Source: an uncultured Candidatus Saccharibacteria bacterium
GTDB taxonomy: Bacteria; Patescibacteriota; Minisyncoccia; GCA-002772825
Direction: 5' to 3'
DNA: 34,201 bases
NCBI GenBank assembly: GCA_964560655.1
Contig: CAZLLR010000001.1
Coordinates: 1 to 34,201, forward strand
Both the position numbers and the translations under genes were made by a program. How positions within the stretch are numbered: position 1 is the stretch's first letter; each line of letters opens with the position of its first letter. Shown piece by piece: positions 17,989-28,610 of this stretch. The notes under the pieces were generated by a model. That model was not told the DNA's origin. It made no database searches and saw only the letters and a list, made by a program, of their open reading frames with translations.

Positions 17989-18088
17989 TCAATATATAAT
18001 ATCAAAAAATATCTTTTTATGCTGGGGATAACATTTTTGTAGATATTCTTTTAAACTTAAGCTTTTAAGTGAAGAAAAAAAACCTGAT

Positions 18089-18973
18089 TTATATTATATA
18101 GTCAGGGATTTGGGCTTTCAGCTCAGAGTTCCCATTGAGGAAGTCTTGGAACATCATCTCTCTTTTTCCTTCGGGTTTTACTTTTTCTATCTTTAGCTTG
18201 TCGCCAGAAAGTGAGGCTTTCGTTATGATGACGCGAAAAGGTTTCTCATCTCTTCTTAAGAAGAAATAAGCTCCAGGCCACGGATAAAAAGCTCTTATTT
18301 TCCTCTCTATCGTCTCAGGGTTTTCGCTCCAATTTATAAGAGCATCTTCTTTCTTAATTTTCTTAGTATAAGTTGCTTTTTTATGGTATTGTGGAGTTGC
18401 TTTAATCCTCCCTTCTACCCAGAGTGGGACAATCTCGACTAAAGCTTCACCACCCAGCTTAGCAAGTTTACCCTCAAGTTCTCCTTGATTCATATTATTT
18501 GTCAATGACAATAGCTTGGTAGTAACTATCGGTCCATGGTCTAATTCTTCATCAAGGAGCATGATAGTGACCCCTAGTTTTTTGTCCCCATAGAGGATTG
18601 CCGATTGGACAGGGGAAGACCCGCGGTGTTCAGGTAGGATAGAAGGGTGAATATTTAGTATGCCGTGTTTGGGTAGAGCTATGAACTCTTTAGGTACAAT
18701 CTTACCGAAAGCTGCAAGTACAAAGATATCCCAATTCTCTTTCTTTAATTTGTCATAAACATCGCACAGATTAAGAGGCTGAAGTACGGGTATCTTTTCT
18801 TCATTTGCCCAGACTTTTACAGGAGTGGGGGTGAGGACGAGTTTCCTCCCTTTTGGTTTATCAGGTGCTGTTATAATGAGAGTTGGTGTTAATCCTCCAC
18901 TTTTCATCTCACCCAAGATCTTTACGGCAAAGTCTGGAGTACCCAAAAATAATATTTTAAGTTTATCTGCCAT
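18089..18973 (-). CDS. fmt: Methionyl-tRNA formyltransferase
   Basis: FLGTPDFA, PDKPKGR, NIHPSILP.HRGSSP, IRAFYPWPGAY; adjacent to def. Confidence 0.96.
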   Translation of the reverse strand: MADKLKILFLGTPDFAVKILGEMKSGGLTPTLIITAPDKPKGRKLVLTPTPVKVWANEEKIPVLQPLNLCDVYDKLKKENWDIFVLAAFGKIVPKEFIALPKHGILNIHPSILPEHRGSSPVQSAILYGDKKLGVTIMLLDEELDHGPIVTTKLLSLTNNMNQGELEGKLAKLGGEALVEIVPLWVEGRIKATPQYHKKATYTKKIKKEDALINWSENPETIERKIRAFYPWPGAYFFLRRDEKPFRVIITKASLSGDKLKIEKVKPEGKREMMFQDFLNGNSELKAQIPDYII

Positions 18974-19490
18974 AGTCTACTTTATTTAAATTTCTCGCAG
19001 AGTCTATGAAGAGGATCCCTTCTAAGTGGTCCACCTCGTGTTGAATTATCTGAGCTAAGAGGCCGGAAGCACCCCTAGTAAACTTAACGCCATTTTCATC
19101 AAGCGCTTCAACTGTGACTTTGTCCGCGCGCTTTATATCGCCTTGGACGCCCTCTACACTTAGACACCCTTCAGGTATGGATGCCGACTTCTTAGATATT
19201 TTGGTAATCTTAGGATTTATAAAGACGATATCTGGTGTCCTCGCTTGAGAGATTTCCTCCCCATCTTTAATCCTTAAGTCAGGAGTAAAGAATCTACCTG
19301 AAACGATAAAGAGTCTTAAGGACTCAGCTACTTGAGGGGCAGCGAGCGCCACACCTTCGTCATAGCCTGCAAGTGTCTCAGACATAGAGCTTAAAAGCTT
19401 TTTGATTTTTTCACTTTTAATTTCCTCGAGGGTTAACTCTCGGGATTTTTCCCTTAAGACTTTATCTTCTTTTTGAACTACGTTTCTCAT
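18963..19490 (-). CDS. def: Peptide deformylase
   Basis: GVALAAPQ, EGCLS, QHEVDHLEG. Confidence 0.97.
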   Translation of the reverse strand: MRNVVQKEDKVLREKSRELTLEEIKSEKIKKLLSSMSETLAGYDEGVALAAPQVAESLRLFIVSGRFFTPDLRIKDGEEISQARTPDIVFINPKITKISKKSASIPEGCLSVEGVQGDIKRADKVTVEALDENGVKFTRGASGLLAQIIQHEVDHLEGILFIDSARNLNKVDYGR

Positions 19491-19520
19491 TAAATTTAAG
19501 TATAATATAAAATTAACATA

Positions 19521-19548
19521 TTGACAAATATAAAATCATGTGTATAAT
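19521..19548 (+). promoter_or_regulatory. Consensus sigma70 promoter upstream of the small Cys-rich ORF
   Basis: TTGACA (19521-19526), 16-nt spacer, TATAAT (19543-19548); SD AAGGAGG at 19594-19600. Confidence 0.75.
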
Positions 19549-19604
19549 TAAGGTAGAAAAGTGAAGATTTTTTAGATATTTTTTTAAATAAAAAAGGAGG
19601 GATT

Positions 19605-19808
19605 ATGAGTAAGATAAAATATCTTCCCAATCCAATTCTACATGGTTGTTGTTGTAGTTGCTTTTCACCTCTCCCAGAAGACATGGGTGGAGAAGGTGGA
19701 GCAAATTGCCCAAACTGCGACGAGAGTCCGTACTCTCGACCAGACTCCTACACAAAAGAAGAGATGGCAACATTAAAGTGGCTTCCTTCTTTTAAAGCAT
19801 TGAAGTAG
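19605..19808 (+). CDS. Small Cys-rich, zinc-ribbon-like hypothetical protein (67 aa)
   Basis: Strong SD and promoter; HGCCCSC and CPNC motifs; mostly intergenic, with a 17-nt tail-to-tail overlap with priA. Confidence 0.65.
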   Translation: MSKIKYLPNPILHGCCCSCFSPLPEDMGGEGGANCPNCDESPYSRPDSYTKEEMATLKWLPSFKALK

Positions 19809-21672
19809 GGTCAACTTCCACCCTCCAGGTAGGAGGAAGGGAGGACAAGAAGCTAAGGAGTTTCTTGTCCGGCCACGAGGCGGGGTCAACTTTCAAAAGG
19901 GCGTGCATTATATGCAGGCCCTTTATTTTTGGCACAAAAGCAGAGTAGGCGGTAGGGCTATAATCCACTAGTTCTTTTTCCAACGACTTGAAATCAAGAT
20001 TAAGCTGTTTTTTGTCTTTACTTTGTTTAGTGACTTTGATAAGGAGTTTAAATGGAGGGTAATTAAACTGTTGCCTTATTTCAAGCTCCTTCCTGTAGAA
20101 CTCTGACACATCTCCCCTTATAGCGAGCTTAAAGATATTAAGCTCTGGCATTCGTGTCTGTATCAAGAATGTTTTTTGTGAAAGAGTTTTCATCTTTATC
20201 AAAAGGTGAAACACTCGTTCGCTGATCCTAAAGTCGGGTATGGTAAGGAGGGCATCAAGCGAGATAATAGCCGTGCGGTCAACCTCCTTATGAAGATAAG
20301 AGAAGATTATTTCGGTGGCTATCAATATACTCCCGGGCATAGAGAAGAATTCTTCTATGATTTTTTCTCCTTGTTTCTTCGTCTTCACTACATCTGAATC
20401 CATGCGAAATAATTTAAATTTCGGGAAGATCCTGTTTATCTCTTCGGCAACTTTTTCTATGCCTGTTCCTAAGGATTTTAGTCGCCAGCTTTTACAGTAA
20501 GGGCATCTGTCTTCAGCGGAGAAAGAAGATATGCATTTATGACATATAAAATTTGTTTTTTTACCGTTCTCTTTATGGAGGACTAGAGGGGAGTCACATT
20601 TCTCGCAGAGTATAGTCCTTCGGCAATCATCACAGATTGTTGTCTGACTGTATCCGCGTCTGTTGAGAAACAAGACTACGTGTTCGTTATGCCTAGTAGA
20701 CTCTTCCAACATCTTTTTTAATTCTTCACTTATGACGGTAAATTTTTTTGTTTTTTCTTCCTCCTCTTTCATATTTACTAATAGGGGCTCTGCCTTGGAG
20801 AGTATATGCGAGGGGGTAATACTGTCTTTTTTGAAATTATAATAATCTTCTGTCCTTATAACCTCATCTCCATATATCAAATTTGTTTTAATATTATGAC
20901 TTACTACTTCTGCTATTTTACGCGTATCAAGATAAGGCTTCGTCCGATATTTATAAAAAGGAGAGCTCTCTTGATCTATTATTATTGTATTCAAATCTTG
21001 TCTTGGCAATGACATAAACAAGCTCGTCGATATAATTAAGACAGGCTTCTCACTAAGAAGCGCTTCATTCCATTTTTCTGTTAGTTTTTTCTTTGGAGTT
21101 ACTTCAGAGTGGAGAATTATGACGTGAGATTCAATCCCCTTTTTAAGTTCATTCGATAGCTCAGCGATAGAGGAGATAGTGGGGAGGATGATAGAGACAG
21201 AGTGTCCTTTAGCAAACTCTTCCCTGATAATACTTTTATAATACCTCAATCGTTCTTCCGTAGATCCTTGAAAGATAGATATTTTTTTATACCCTTCTTC
21301 TTTTACCTTGTTTTTATTTGGTACCGCTTTGATTTGTTTACTGTTCTCTAGTATAACAGTGGGGGTAATCTCTTTTAAAATATTACCTAATGATGAGGCG
21401 TAATACTCGGCAATTTCTGTCGCCGCTTCTATAAAAAGAGGGCTAAATACAGGTATACCAGATTCGCTGATCTTCTTTAAAGAAAATGAGGACCTCTTTA
21501 AAGCACTTTTAACTTCCTTTACTTTCTTAGATGTCACTACTACTCCGGGCACAGTTTTGTTTCTCAATGGGATCTTAACGATAGATCCTAATTCCACTTT
21601 TTTAGTTGTAAAATAAGAAAGATCTTTCCTTAAGAATCCTTTCGTTATTGGTATGACTGTTATTAATCTCAT
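19792..21672 (-). CDS. priA: Primosomal protein N' (PriA), degenerate helicase motifs
   Basis: N-terminal 3'-DNA-binding domain (GSIVKIPLR), LFLNRRGYS, four CxxC pairs, GTGIEKV, PDFRISER, IQTR, YPPF; Walker A absent. Confidence 0.9.
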   Translation of the reverse strand: MRLITVIPITKGFLRKDLSYFTTKKVELGSIVKIPLRNKTVPGVVVTSKKVKEVKSALKRSSFSLKKISESGIPVFSPLFIEAATEIAEYYASSLGNILKEITPTVILENSKQIKAVPNKNKVKEEGYKKISIFQGSTEERLRYYKSIIREEFAKGHSVSIILPTISSIAELSNELKKGIESHVIILHSEVTPKKKLTEKWNEALLSEKPVLIISTSLFMSLPRQDLNTIIIDQESSPFYKYRTKPYLDTRKIAEVVSHNIKTNLIYGDEVIRTEDYYNFKKDSITPSHILSKAEPLLVNMKEEEEKTKKFTVISEELKKMLEESTRHNEHVVLFLNRRGYSQTTICDDCRRTILCEKCDSPLVLHKENGKKTNFICHKCISSFSAEDRCPYCKSWRLKSLGTGIEKVAEEINRIFPKFKLFRMDSDVVKTKKQGEKIIEEFFSMPGSILIATEIIFSYLHKEVDRTAIISLDALLTIPDFRISERVFHLLIKMKTLSQKTFLIQTRMPELNIFKLAIRGDVSEFYRKELEIRQQFNYPPFKLLIKVTKQSKDKKQLNLDFKSLEKELVDYSPTAYSAFVPKIKGLHIMHALLKVDPASWPDKKLLSFLSSLPPTWRVEVDPTSML

Positions 21673-21703
21673 CTTTTATCCATCCAGATAGTGGATGTAG
21701 CTT

Positions 21704-22528
21704 TTAAAGGTTTAGCTTAATAAGTGTTTTTTCATCGAGGATATATAAGGTCTTGTTGTTTAACTCAAAGATAGGGTTAGACCCCTTGTAGATAGGTTGA
21801 AGAATTCTTCCTCCTCTCCCGTCCACCTCAATAGCAAATATTGCATTTTGTACGGCAAAAATAAGCACATCACTCCTGCTAGGATAAAAATCAATTTTTC
21901 TTATAGTTGACTTGGAATCAATCACCAAGAGGGGGGAGGTGCATTCATCGTTATTGCAGAAGTAATAAGGCAGGGGAGAGTTTAAGGCAAGCCATTCTAT
22001 CCAGATATTGTCTGACTCATCTACATATATTTTTTCATCTTTATTTTCATCTGTTTTTAAGAGATCATCTTCCTGGGGAAGAAGTAATTTCTCTAAGGCC
22101 TCGTTCTCTATTGTGGTGAGACCTTTTTCTTTTTTAGTAATGTCATTTAAGAGTACCTCTCCTCCTGGGTCTTTAGCTATGAGGAAGGCTCGGGCCTCTG
22201 TAACTAACCCTTCATTTACTTTTAGATTTTTTGCCCATGGCCAAAATTTATTTTTAGCTACGAGGATAGAATAATTATCAGGAGTGAGATTTTGTAGAAA
22301 TACGCCACCTTGAAGCAGACTTGTCTCTCCTTTTTCTTTTTCGTCTATGAAAATTTTTGCCCCAGATAGAGGAGAGGAGATATAGAGACCGCCTGTCTTT
22401 CTAAAATGTAGATTCTTGTCTATTCTGTACCCGGAAGTGTAGAGTATTATTGTAGGCACAAGAATAATAAAAATTATAAATGATATCAGTAGAATAATTC
22501 GCCTTTTTTTAATATTTGTAGGATTCAT
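21704..22528 (-). CDS. PEGA-domain membrane-anchored protein
   Basis: N-terminal TM helix, then SGYR...TGGLYISSPLSGAKIFID...NLTPDNYSILVAK. Confidence 0.75.
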   Translation of the reverse strand: MNPTNIKKRRIILLISFIIFIILVPTIILYTSGYRIDKNLHFRKTGGLYISSPLSGAKIFIDEKEKGETSLLQGGVFLQNLTPDNYSILVAKNKFWPWAKNLKVNEGLVTEARAFLIAKDPGGEVLLNDITKKEKGLTTIENEALEKLLLPQEDDLLKTDENKDEKIYVDESDNIWIEWLALNSPLPYYFCNNDECTSPLLVIDSKSTIRKIDFYPSRSDVLIFAVQNAIFAIEVDGRGGRILQPIYKGSNPIFELNNKTLYILDEKTLIKLNL

Positions 22529-22583
22529 CTTACTTTAAATAGTTGCAAAAAAAACATAAAAAGTCTAGAGTTATATTAAAGTT

Positions 22584-23597
22584 ATGGGAATTTTTGTTAA
22601 AAAATTAGGAATAGATTTAGGTACGGCCAATACTCTCGTATTTTTGCCTGGTAGCGGGGTTATCTTAAATGAGCCTTCCGTTGTCGTTATATCTCAAGCA
22701 GACAATAAGGTTTTAGCCGTGGGAGATGAGGCAAAAAATATGATAGGTAAGACTCCTGATGGAATTATCGCTTATAGGCCGATGAAAGATGGAGTTATCG
22801 CTGACTATCGAGTTACTGAAGCGATGCTTCGTTATTATATAAAAAAAGCGCTTAATAAATTTAATGCTTTCAAGCCAGAAGTGATGGTCTCAGTACCGGC
22901 AGGGGTTACTTCCACTGAACGCCGAGCTGTGGTAGAAGCGGCTATTAAAGCTGGTGCTAAATCAGCTTATGTTGTCAAAGAACCTATACTTGCTGCAATA
23001 GGAGCGGGGATACCTATCCATGAACCTCAAGGATGTATGATAGTCGATATAGGAGGTGGAACTACAGATGCCGCAGTGATATCATTGGGAGGAATAGTGT
23101 CTTCTATTTCTGCGAAAGTAGCTGGCAATAAAATAGATCAGGCTATCGCTGATTATATTAAGAAGACGTTTAATTTAGCTATAGGAGATAGAACGGCAGA
23201 AGAGATAAAAATAGCTATTGGCTCAGCTGTCCCTATAGAAGAAGAACTTACTCATAAGATAAAAGGAAGAGATTTTCTTACTGGCTTGCCAAGGAGTGCA
23301 GATGTATCAACTAATGAGATAGTGAAGGCCATAGAAGGAGAATTGAGAGAGATAATAAAAGCCATAAAGTTGGTACTCCAAGACACTCCGCCAGAACTTG
23401 CCGCAGACATTATAGATAAAGGTATAATTATGACAGGCGGATCCTCTCTCTTGAGAAATATTGATGAACTTATCTATCGTTCTACTGGTATAAAGGTGAC
23501 TATTGCTGATGAAGCTCTGTTTTGTGTAGCTAAAGGTACAGGTATTGCTCTCGATCATTTAGACCTCTATAAAAAAAGTATCATTGCAAAAAAATAA
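22584..23597 (+). CDS. mreB: Rod shape-determining protein MreB
   Basis: GIDLGTANTLV, RPMKDGVIAD, VDIGGGTT, TGGSSLL. Confidence 0.97.
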   Translation: MGIFVKKLGIDLGTANTLVFLPGSGVILNEPSVVVISQADNKVLAVGDEAKNMIGKTPDGIIAYRPMKDGVIADYRVTEAMLRYYIKKALNKFNAFKPEVMVSVPAGVTSTERRAVVEAAIKAGAKSAYVVKEPILAAIGAGIPIHEPQGCMIVDIGGGTTDAAVISLGGIVSSISAKVAGNKIDQAIADYIKKTFNLAIGDRTAEEIKIAIGSAVPIEEELTHKIKGRDFLTGLPRSADVSTNEIVKAIEGELREIIKAIKLVLQDTPPELAADIIDKGIIMTGGSSLLRNIDELIYRSTGIKVTIADEALFCVAKGTGIALDHLDLYKKSIIAKK

Positions 23598-23631
23598 AAA
23601 TGATCTCAACCTTGTGATATAATAGTTGTAT

Positions 23632-24315
23632 ATGAAAAGAGAGAGTCATGGATATTTAATTCTCGGTGATAAAGATAAATCATATATTTGGGCTAGAGAA
23701 AAAGCAGCTACTTTGCTGGGCACTTTAGATGATGCCCTTATCTCTCACCCAGATTTTACTAAAGAAGATTATGATTTATTTGGGATAGATGAATCAAGGC
23801 GGCTTAGGGAACGTGCTTTCATAAGACCTTTAAGTGGAGAGAAGAAAGTTTTTATAATCTCTTCTCGAGAGTTTACTCCTGAAGCGCAAAATGCCTTGTT
23901 GAAACTTTTTGAAGAACCTCCATTAGGTACACATTTTTTTATAATTACTCAAAACTCTAGAAATATTCTCTCTACTTTAATTTCACGGTTGACGACTATA
24001 AAACTTGAAGATAAAATCTTTACAGAAAATGCTAGTGGGGTGTCAGCAGATTTTTTATCAAGTGACCCATCAAAGAGGTTGTTTATGATAAATAAGATGA
24101 TAGGAAAAAAAGCCAAAGAAGAAATGTCTAAAGGAGATATAGAAGATTTCTTAAATAATCTTGAAAAAATACTCTCAGATAAAATAGAAAAAAGAGATCA
24201 ATCTTTTGTCAAAGCTGTAGAAAGTATATATAAAAGTAGGAAGTACTTAAGTGCACGAGGCATGTCGACTAAACTTGTCTTTGAATATCTTGCACTTTCG
24301 CTCCCTATTCTTTAA
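23632..24315 (+). CDS. holB: DNA polymerase III delta' subunit-like protein (short form)
   Basis: HPDF, KKVFII, EAQNALLKLFEEPP, TLISR. No P-loop remnant or Zn module. ATG at 23632. Confidence 0.75.
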   Translation: MKRESHGYLILGDKDKSYIWAREKAATLLGTLDDALISHPDFTKEDYDLFGIDESRRLRERAFIRPLSGEKKVFIISSREFTPEAQNALLKLFEEPPLGTHFFIITQNSRNILSTLISRLTTIKLEDKIFTENASGVSADFLSSDPSKRLFMINKMIGKKAKEEMSKGDIEDFLNNLEKILSDKIEKRDQSFVKAVESIYKSRKYLSARGMSTKLVFEYLALSLPIL

Positions 24316-24381
24316 AATAAAGAGATAGGATAAGGAAGGTATTTAAAAAGAGTTGAATCCAGACCATTTTTAAATATAGGG

Positions 24382-24410
24382 TTGACAATATCAATTTTTT
24401 CGTTTATTTT
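24382..24410 (+). promoter_or_regulatory. Putative promoter of htrA-clpB
   Basis: TTGACA, 17-nt spacer, TATTTT, ending 11 nt before the ATG at 24422. Confidence 0.5.
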
Positions 24411-24421
24411 ATATATAAACC

Positions 24422-25699
24422 ATGGAAGACTTAACAAAATCACAACTTATATTACTTGCTCTTCTTGTGAGCTTTGTTACTTCAATCGCTACTGGCATAG
24501 TGACGGTTAGTTTAGTGAATCAAGCTCCACCACAAGTGACCCAGACAGTAGGAAGAGTCATAGAAAAAACTATTGAGCGGGTCAGTCCTAGTGATTCAGA
24601 TATTGCTTCTGTCATTGAGACCATTATAGTGTCTGATGAAGATATGACAGTTAAGGCAGTAGAGAAGGTGATGCCTGTTGTCGTAAGTGTTATCGCTACA
24701 AAAGATGTTCCTGTGCTGGAACAATACTTCGTAAACCCTTTTGAAAATGATCCCTTATTAAAAGATTTTAGTTTGAATGTTCCTCAGTATAAACAAAAAG
24801 GAACAGAAGAGAAAAAGATCTCAAGTGGGACAGGATTTATCATCTCGCCTGATGGTATGATAGCAACTAATAAACATGTGGTGGCAGACGAAGAGGCTAA
24901 TTATTCTGTAATACTAAACGACGGACAAAAATTTAGCGTAGAGGTTGTAACTCGCGATTCCATGCAGGATATTGCTATTCTAAAGATTAAAGAAGGTGAA
25001 GGAGATGTCAACAAGACTTTTAAATACGCCTCTTTAGGTAATTCAGACAGTATAAAAATAGGTCAGAAGGTCATAGCTATAGGCAATGCGTTAGGAAAAC
25101 TGCAAAACAGTGTATCAGTCGGTATTATCTCCGGGTTAAACAGGGAGATAATAGCTTCAAGCCCCAACGGAGAAGAGCGTCTTTCTGAGGTTATCCAAAC
25201 AGACGCAGCTATCAACTTTGGAAATTCAGGAGGCCCACTTATAGACCTTAGAGGGAAGATTATAGGTATAAATGTCGCTAAAGCAACCAGTGGAGATAAT
25301 ATAGCTTTTTCATTACCTGTTAATATCATAAGAAAGATAATTTTAGATGTAGAAGAATTCGGTGAAGTCAAATACGCATTCCTAGGGGCAAGATATCTTG
25401 CTATCAATAACGAAGTAGCGAAAGAGAAAGATCTTAGTGTAAATTATGGCGCTATACTTATACCTGATAAAGAAAATAAAATAGATGCTATACTTAAAGA
25501 TTCTCCTGCTGATAAAGCCGGTTTGAGAGAAGGAGATATTATATTAGAGTTTAATAATGAAAAAATTACTAATAAAAAGACTCTAGCTCTTTTTATCTCT
25601 AAGGCAAGAGTAGGAGCTGAAGTTGATTTAAAAGTATTAAGAGAAGGAGAAGAATTAGAGATAGCAATTACTTTAGAAGAGAGGCCAAATAGTGTTTAA
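24422..25699 (+). CDS. htrA: HtrA/DegP-family serine protease with one PDZ domain
   Basis: N-terminal TM helix, TNKHVV, DIAILK, QTDAAINFGNSGGPL, C-terminal DSPADKAGLREGD. Confidence 0.95.
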   Translation: MEDLTKSQLILLALLVSFVTSIATGIVTVSLVNQAPPQVTQTVGRVIEKTIERVSPSDSDIASVIETIIVSDEDMTVKAVEKVMPVVVSVIATKDVPVLEQYFVNPFENDPLLKDFSLNVPQYKQKGTEEKKISSGTGFIISPDGMIATNKHVVADEEANYSVILNDGQKFSVEVVTRDSMQDIAILKIKEGEGDVNKTFKYASLGNSDSIKIGQKVIAIGNALGKLQNSVSVGIISGLNREIIASSPNGEERLSEVIQTDAAINFGNSGGPLIDLRGKIIGINVAKATSGDNIAFSLPVNIIRKIILDVEEFGEVKYAFLGARYLAINNEVAKEKDLSVNYGAILIPDKENKIDAILKDSPADKAGLREGDIILEFNNEKITNKKTLALFISKARVGAEVDLKVLREGEELEIAITLEERPNSV

Positions 25700-25718
25700 C
25701 CAATAATAATTAAATAAT

Positions 25719-28430
25719 ATGCCTGAATTTTCAAATTTTACAATAAAAGCCCAAGAAGCAGTTCGAAGGGCTCACGAGCTTGCCATAGAAAGAGGGCAAA
25801 ACCAGATAGATGAACTTTATCTTCTATCTGCTTTGTTGTTACAAGACGAGAGTCTTGTGATATCTATTCTCGACAGGCTGGAGATAGACATCATGCTTCT
25901 AACGGATTCTGTAATGGATCACCTTGATGAAGGGAACCGGTCAGTGGCTATGCCTCAATCTTACCAGATGTATCTTTCGCCTTCCTTAGGGAAAGTACTT
26001 GAAGCTGCCCAGAAAAATGCTGCAGAGTTAAAAGATGATTTCATATCGACAGAGCACTTATTCTTAGCACTTATCGTTACCCCGTCAAAGGCTTCAGACA
26101 TCTTGACTAAGTTTCAATTAGACAAGGAGTCCATACTAAGTGTATTAAGAGACCTCAAGAGTTCTAAGGTAGCAGATATAGAGACGCCAAAGAAATTTCA
26201 TTTTATTGAGAAATATGCTAGAAATCTTACAACCCTTGCAAGAGAAGACAAACTTGATCCTGTAATAGGTAGAGACGAAGAGATTAGACGCTTAATGCAA
26301 ATCCTCTCAAGGAGGACAAAGAATAATCCTATACTAATAGGTGAAGCTGGAGTAGGTAAGACGGCTATTGCTGAGGGTCTTGCTCAGAAGATTGCCAAGG
26401 GGAGTGTACCAGAACTTATAAAAGATAAAGAATTCGTATCTCTCGACTTGGGTTCTCTTGTCGCAGGAACAAAATATAGAGGAGAATTTGAAGATAGGCT
26501 AAAAGGCTTGATGCGTGAGATAGAACAAGCAGAAGGAAAGATAATCTTATTTATAGATGAGATCCACACTATCGTCGGCGCTGGAGCGGCTGAAGGTGCG
26601 CTTGACGCTTCCAACTTACTTAAACCGGCCCTTGCAAGGGGGCACCTAAGAGCGATTGGAGCAACAACCCTAAAAGAGTATCAAAAGCATATTGAGAAAG
26701 ACCCGGCCCTTGCAAGGAGATTTCAACCTATCTTTGTGGAGGAGCCCTCTGTTGATAATGCCATCTCTATATTGCGTGGACTTAAAGAAAAGTATGAACT
26801 TCACCATGGGGTAAGGATAACAGATGCAGCTATCAAGTCCTCAGTTGTTCTCTCAAGTAGGTATATCACAGATAGATTCCTCCCTGATAAGGCCGTAGAT
26901 CTTATAGATGAAGCGGCTTCAGCCTTGAGACTTGACCTTGAAAGTGAGCCTGAAGAAGTTGAAGCAGTAAATAGAGAGACAATGAAACTTGAAGTGGAGA
27001 GAGAAGCTCTCAAGAAAGAGATAGAGAGAAGCAGTGGCTCTACAGAACGCACTAGCCTCGCTATAAAACAAGCAAAACAAAGAATCAAAAAGATTAACAA
27101 AGAGATAAGTGACTTGAAAGAAAAGACTTCTGAACTTAGCTTGAAGTGGAAAAATGAGAAGAAGGCTATCTCAGAGATAAGTCAGGTAAAGAAAGAGTTA
27201 GAGAAGCTCAGGGTAGAGGCTGATAACGAAGAGAGAAAAGGCGACCTTACAAGAGTGGCTGAGTTGAGGTACGGCTTGATCCCCGAAAACGAGAAGAAAA
27301 TGAGGGCTGAAGAGGTAAAGCTTAGAAAGCTACAAGTATCACGTAAATTATTAAAAGAGGATATTACTGAAGAAGATATAGCGAAGATTGTCTCAAGATG
27401 GACAGGGATTCCTGTCTCAAAAATGCTTGAGGAAGAACAGCGAAAACTTTCACGTATTGAAGATGAGTTCAGGAAGAGGGTTATCGGGCAAGATGAAGCT
27501 ATCACTAAGATTGCTAATGCCATCAGGCGCTCAAGAGCAGGGATATCAGACCTCAATAAGCCTATAGGCTCCTTTATGTTCCTTGGGCCGACTGGAGTAG
27601 GGAAGACTGAGCTTGCAAAAACAGTTGCAGACTTTATGTTCAACGACGACAAGGCTATGGTACGTGTAGATATGTCGGAGTATATGGAGCGGCACACAGT
27701 GTCTAAACTCATAGGCTCTCCTCCTGGCTATGTAGGGCATGATGAGGGGGGACAACTTACAGATACTATAAGGCACCGTCCTTACTCAGTAGTCCTCTTT
27801 GATGAGATAGAGAAAGCTCACCCAGAAGTATTTAATATAATGCTTCAGGTTCTTGATGATGGTCTTTTGACAGATGCTAAGGGAAGGCATGTAAACTTCA
27901 AAAATACAGTGATTATTATGACTTCAAATATTGGAGGAGAATATGTTAAGCAGATGGAGAAACTAGGATTTATTACCGAAGAAGAGACCGAGGAAAAGAA
28001 AAGTATAGAGCTTAAAAGTAAGATTCAAAAGAGCCTTGAAGATAGATTTCGTCCGGAATTTCTTAATAGACTTGATGAGATTATCATCTTCAACCCTCTC
28101 TCAAGTGATAACATAAGAGAGATAGTTGTTAAGCAGGTTGAAATAGTCGTTAAAAGACTAAGAGAGAAAGAAATGATCTTAACGGTATCAGATGAAGCAC
28201 TTTCCATTTTAGCAAAAGAGGGTTATAATCCTCATTACGGTGCAAGACCTTTGAAGCGTCTCATCCAGAACAAGATATTGAATCCTGTGGCTGAATACAT
28301 CGTCTCAGGGAAGATAAGAGGGGGCTGTAGGATAATGGTTGAGGCTGGCAAAAACAATGAGATTATTATAAATATTCCACCTAAGCCACCTCGTAAATCT
28401 ACTAAGAAGAAAACAAAGACTAAAAATTAA
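25719..28430 (+). CDS. clpB: ATP-dependent chaperone ClpB
   Basis: Clp N-domain, two AAA+ modules ([16 protein letters not shown]), long coiled-coil middle domain with AELRYG, GARPLKR. Confidence 0.95.
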   Translation: MPEFSNFTIKAQEAVRRAHELAIERGQNQIDELYLLSALLLQDESLVISILDRLEIDIMLLTDSVMDHLDEGNRSVAMPQSYQMYLSPSLGKVLEAAQKNAAELKDDFISTEHLFLALIVTPSKASDILTKFQLDKESILSVLRDLKSSKVADIETPKKFHFIEKYARNLTTLAREDKLDPVIGRDEEIRRLMQILSRRTKNNPILIGEAGVGKTAIAEGLAQKIAKGSVPELIKDKEFVSLDLGSLVAGTKYRGEFEDRLKGLMREIEQAEGKIILFIDEIHTIVGAGAAEGALDASNLLKPALARGHLRAIGATTLKEYQKHIEKDPALARRFQPIFVEEPSVDNAISILRGLKEKYELHHGVRITDAAIKSSVVLSSRYITDRFLPDKAVDLIDEAASALRLDLESEPEEVEAVNRETMKLEVEREALKKEIERSSGSTERTSLAIKQAKQRIKKINKEISDLKEKTSELSLKWKNEKKAISEISQVKKELEKLRVEADNEERKGDLTRVAELRYGLIPENEKKMRAEEVKLRKLQVSRKLLKEDITEEDIAKIVSRWTGIPVSKMLEEEQRKLSRIEDEFRKRVIGQDEAITKIANAIRRSRAGISDLNKPIGSFMFLGPTGVGKTELAKTVADFMFNDDKAMVRVDMSEYMERHTVSKLIGSPPGYVGHDEGGQLTDTIRHRPYSVVLFDEIEKAHPEVFNIMLQVLDDGLLTDAKGRHVNFKNTVIIMTSNIGGEYVKQMEKLGFITEEETEEKKSIELKSKIQKSLEDRFRPEFLNRLDEIIIFNPLSSDNIREIVVKQVEIVVKRLREKEMILTVSDEALSILAKEGYNPHYGARPLKRLIQNKILNPVAEYIVSGKIRGGCRIMVEAGKNNEIIINIPPKPPRKSTKKKTKTKN

Positions 28431-28438
28431 TTCTATAA

Positions 28439-28467
28439 TCTCACAGCGGGTTTATCTTGCTGTGAGA
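28439..28467 (+). terminator. Hairpin after clpB
   Basis: TCTCACAGCGGG-tttat-CTTGCTGTGAGA (two G:U pairs); no clear U tract. Confidence 0.5.
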
Positions 28468-28526
28468 AATAAGAAGTTATAAAGATACTGATGGATTTAA
28501 AAAGTTAATAGGACTATAGACTATAT

Positions 28527-28610
28527 GGGTAGGTGGCGGAGTGGTCAATCGCACCAGACTGTAAATCTGGCGGCTTTATGCCTACGGGGGTTCAAATCCC
28601 TCCCTGCCCA
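28527..28610 (+). tRNA. tRNA-Tyr(GTA)
   Basis: Acceptor GGGTAGG/CCTGCCC, anticodon arm CCAGA-CTGTAAA-TCTGG, long variable arm, T-loop TTCAAAT; CCA not encoded. Confidence 0.97.

Noticed and set aside
24382-24394. TTGAC-AAT-ATCAA dyad resembling an FNR box upstream of htrA-clpB
   Set aside because: The spacer is 3 nt rather than 4, and it is better explained as the -35 box. No CIRCE, CtsR or HAIR motif was recognised.
26384-28207. Several antisense ORFs within clpB (similar shadows occur in murA, htrA, rsmH, priA and others)
   Set aside because: Shadow frames of well-supported genes on the opposite strand.
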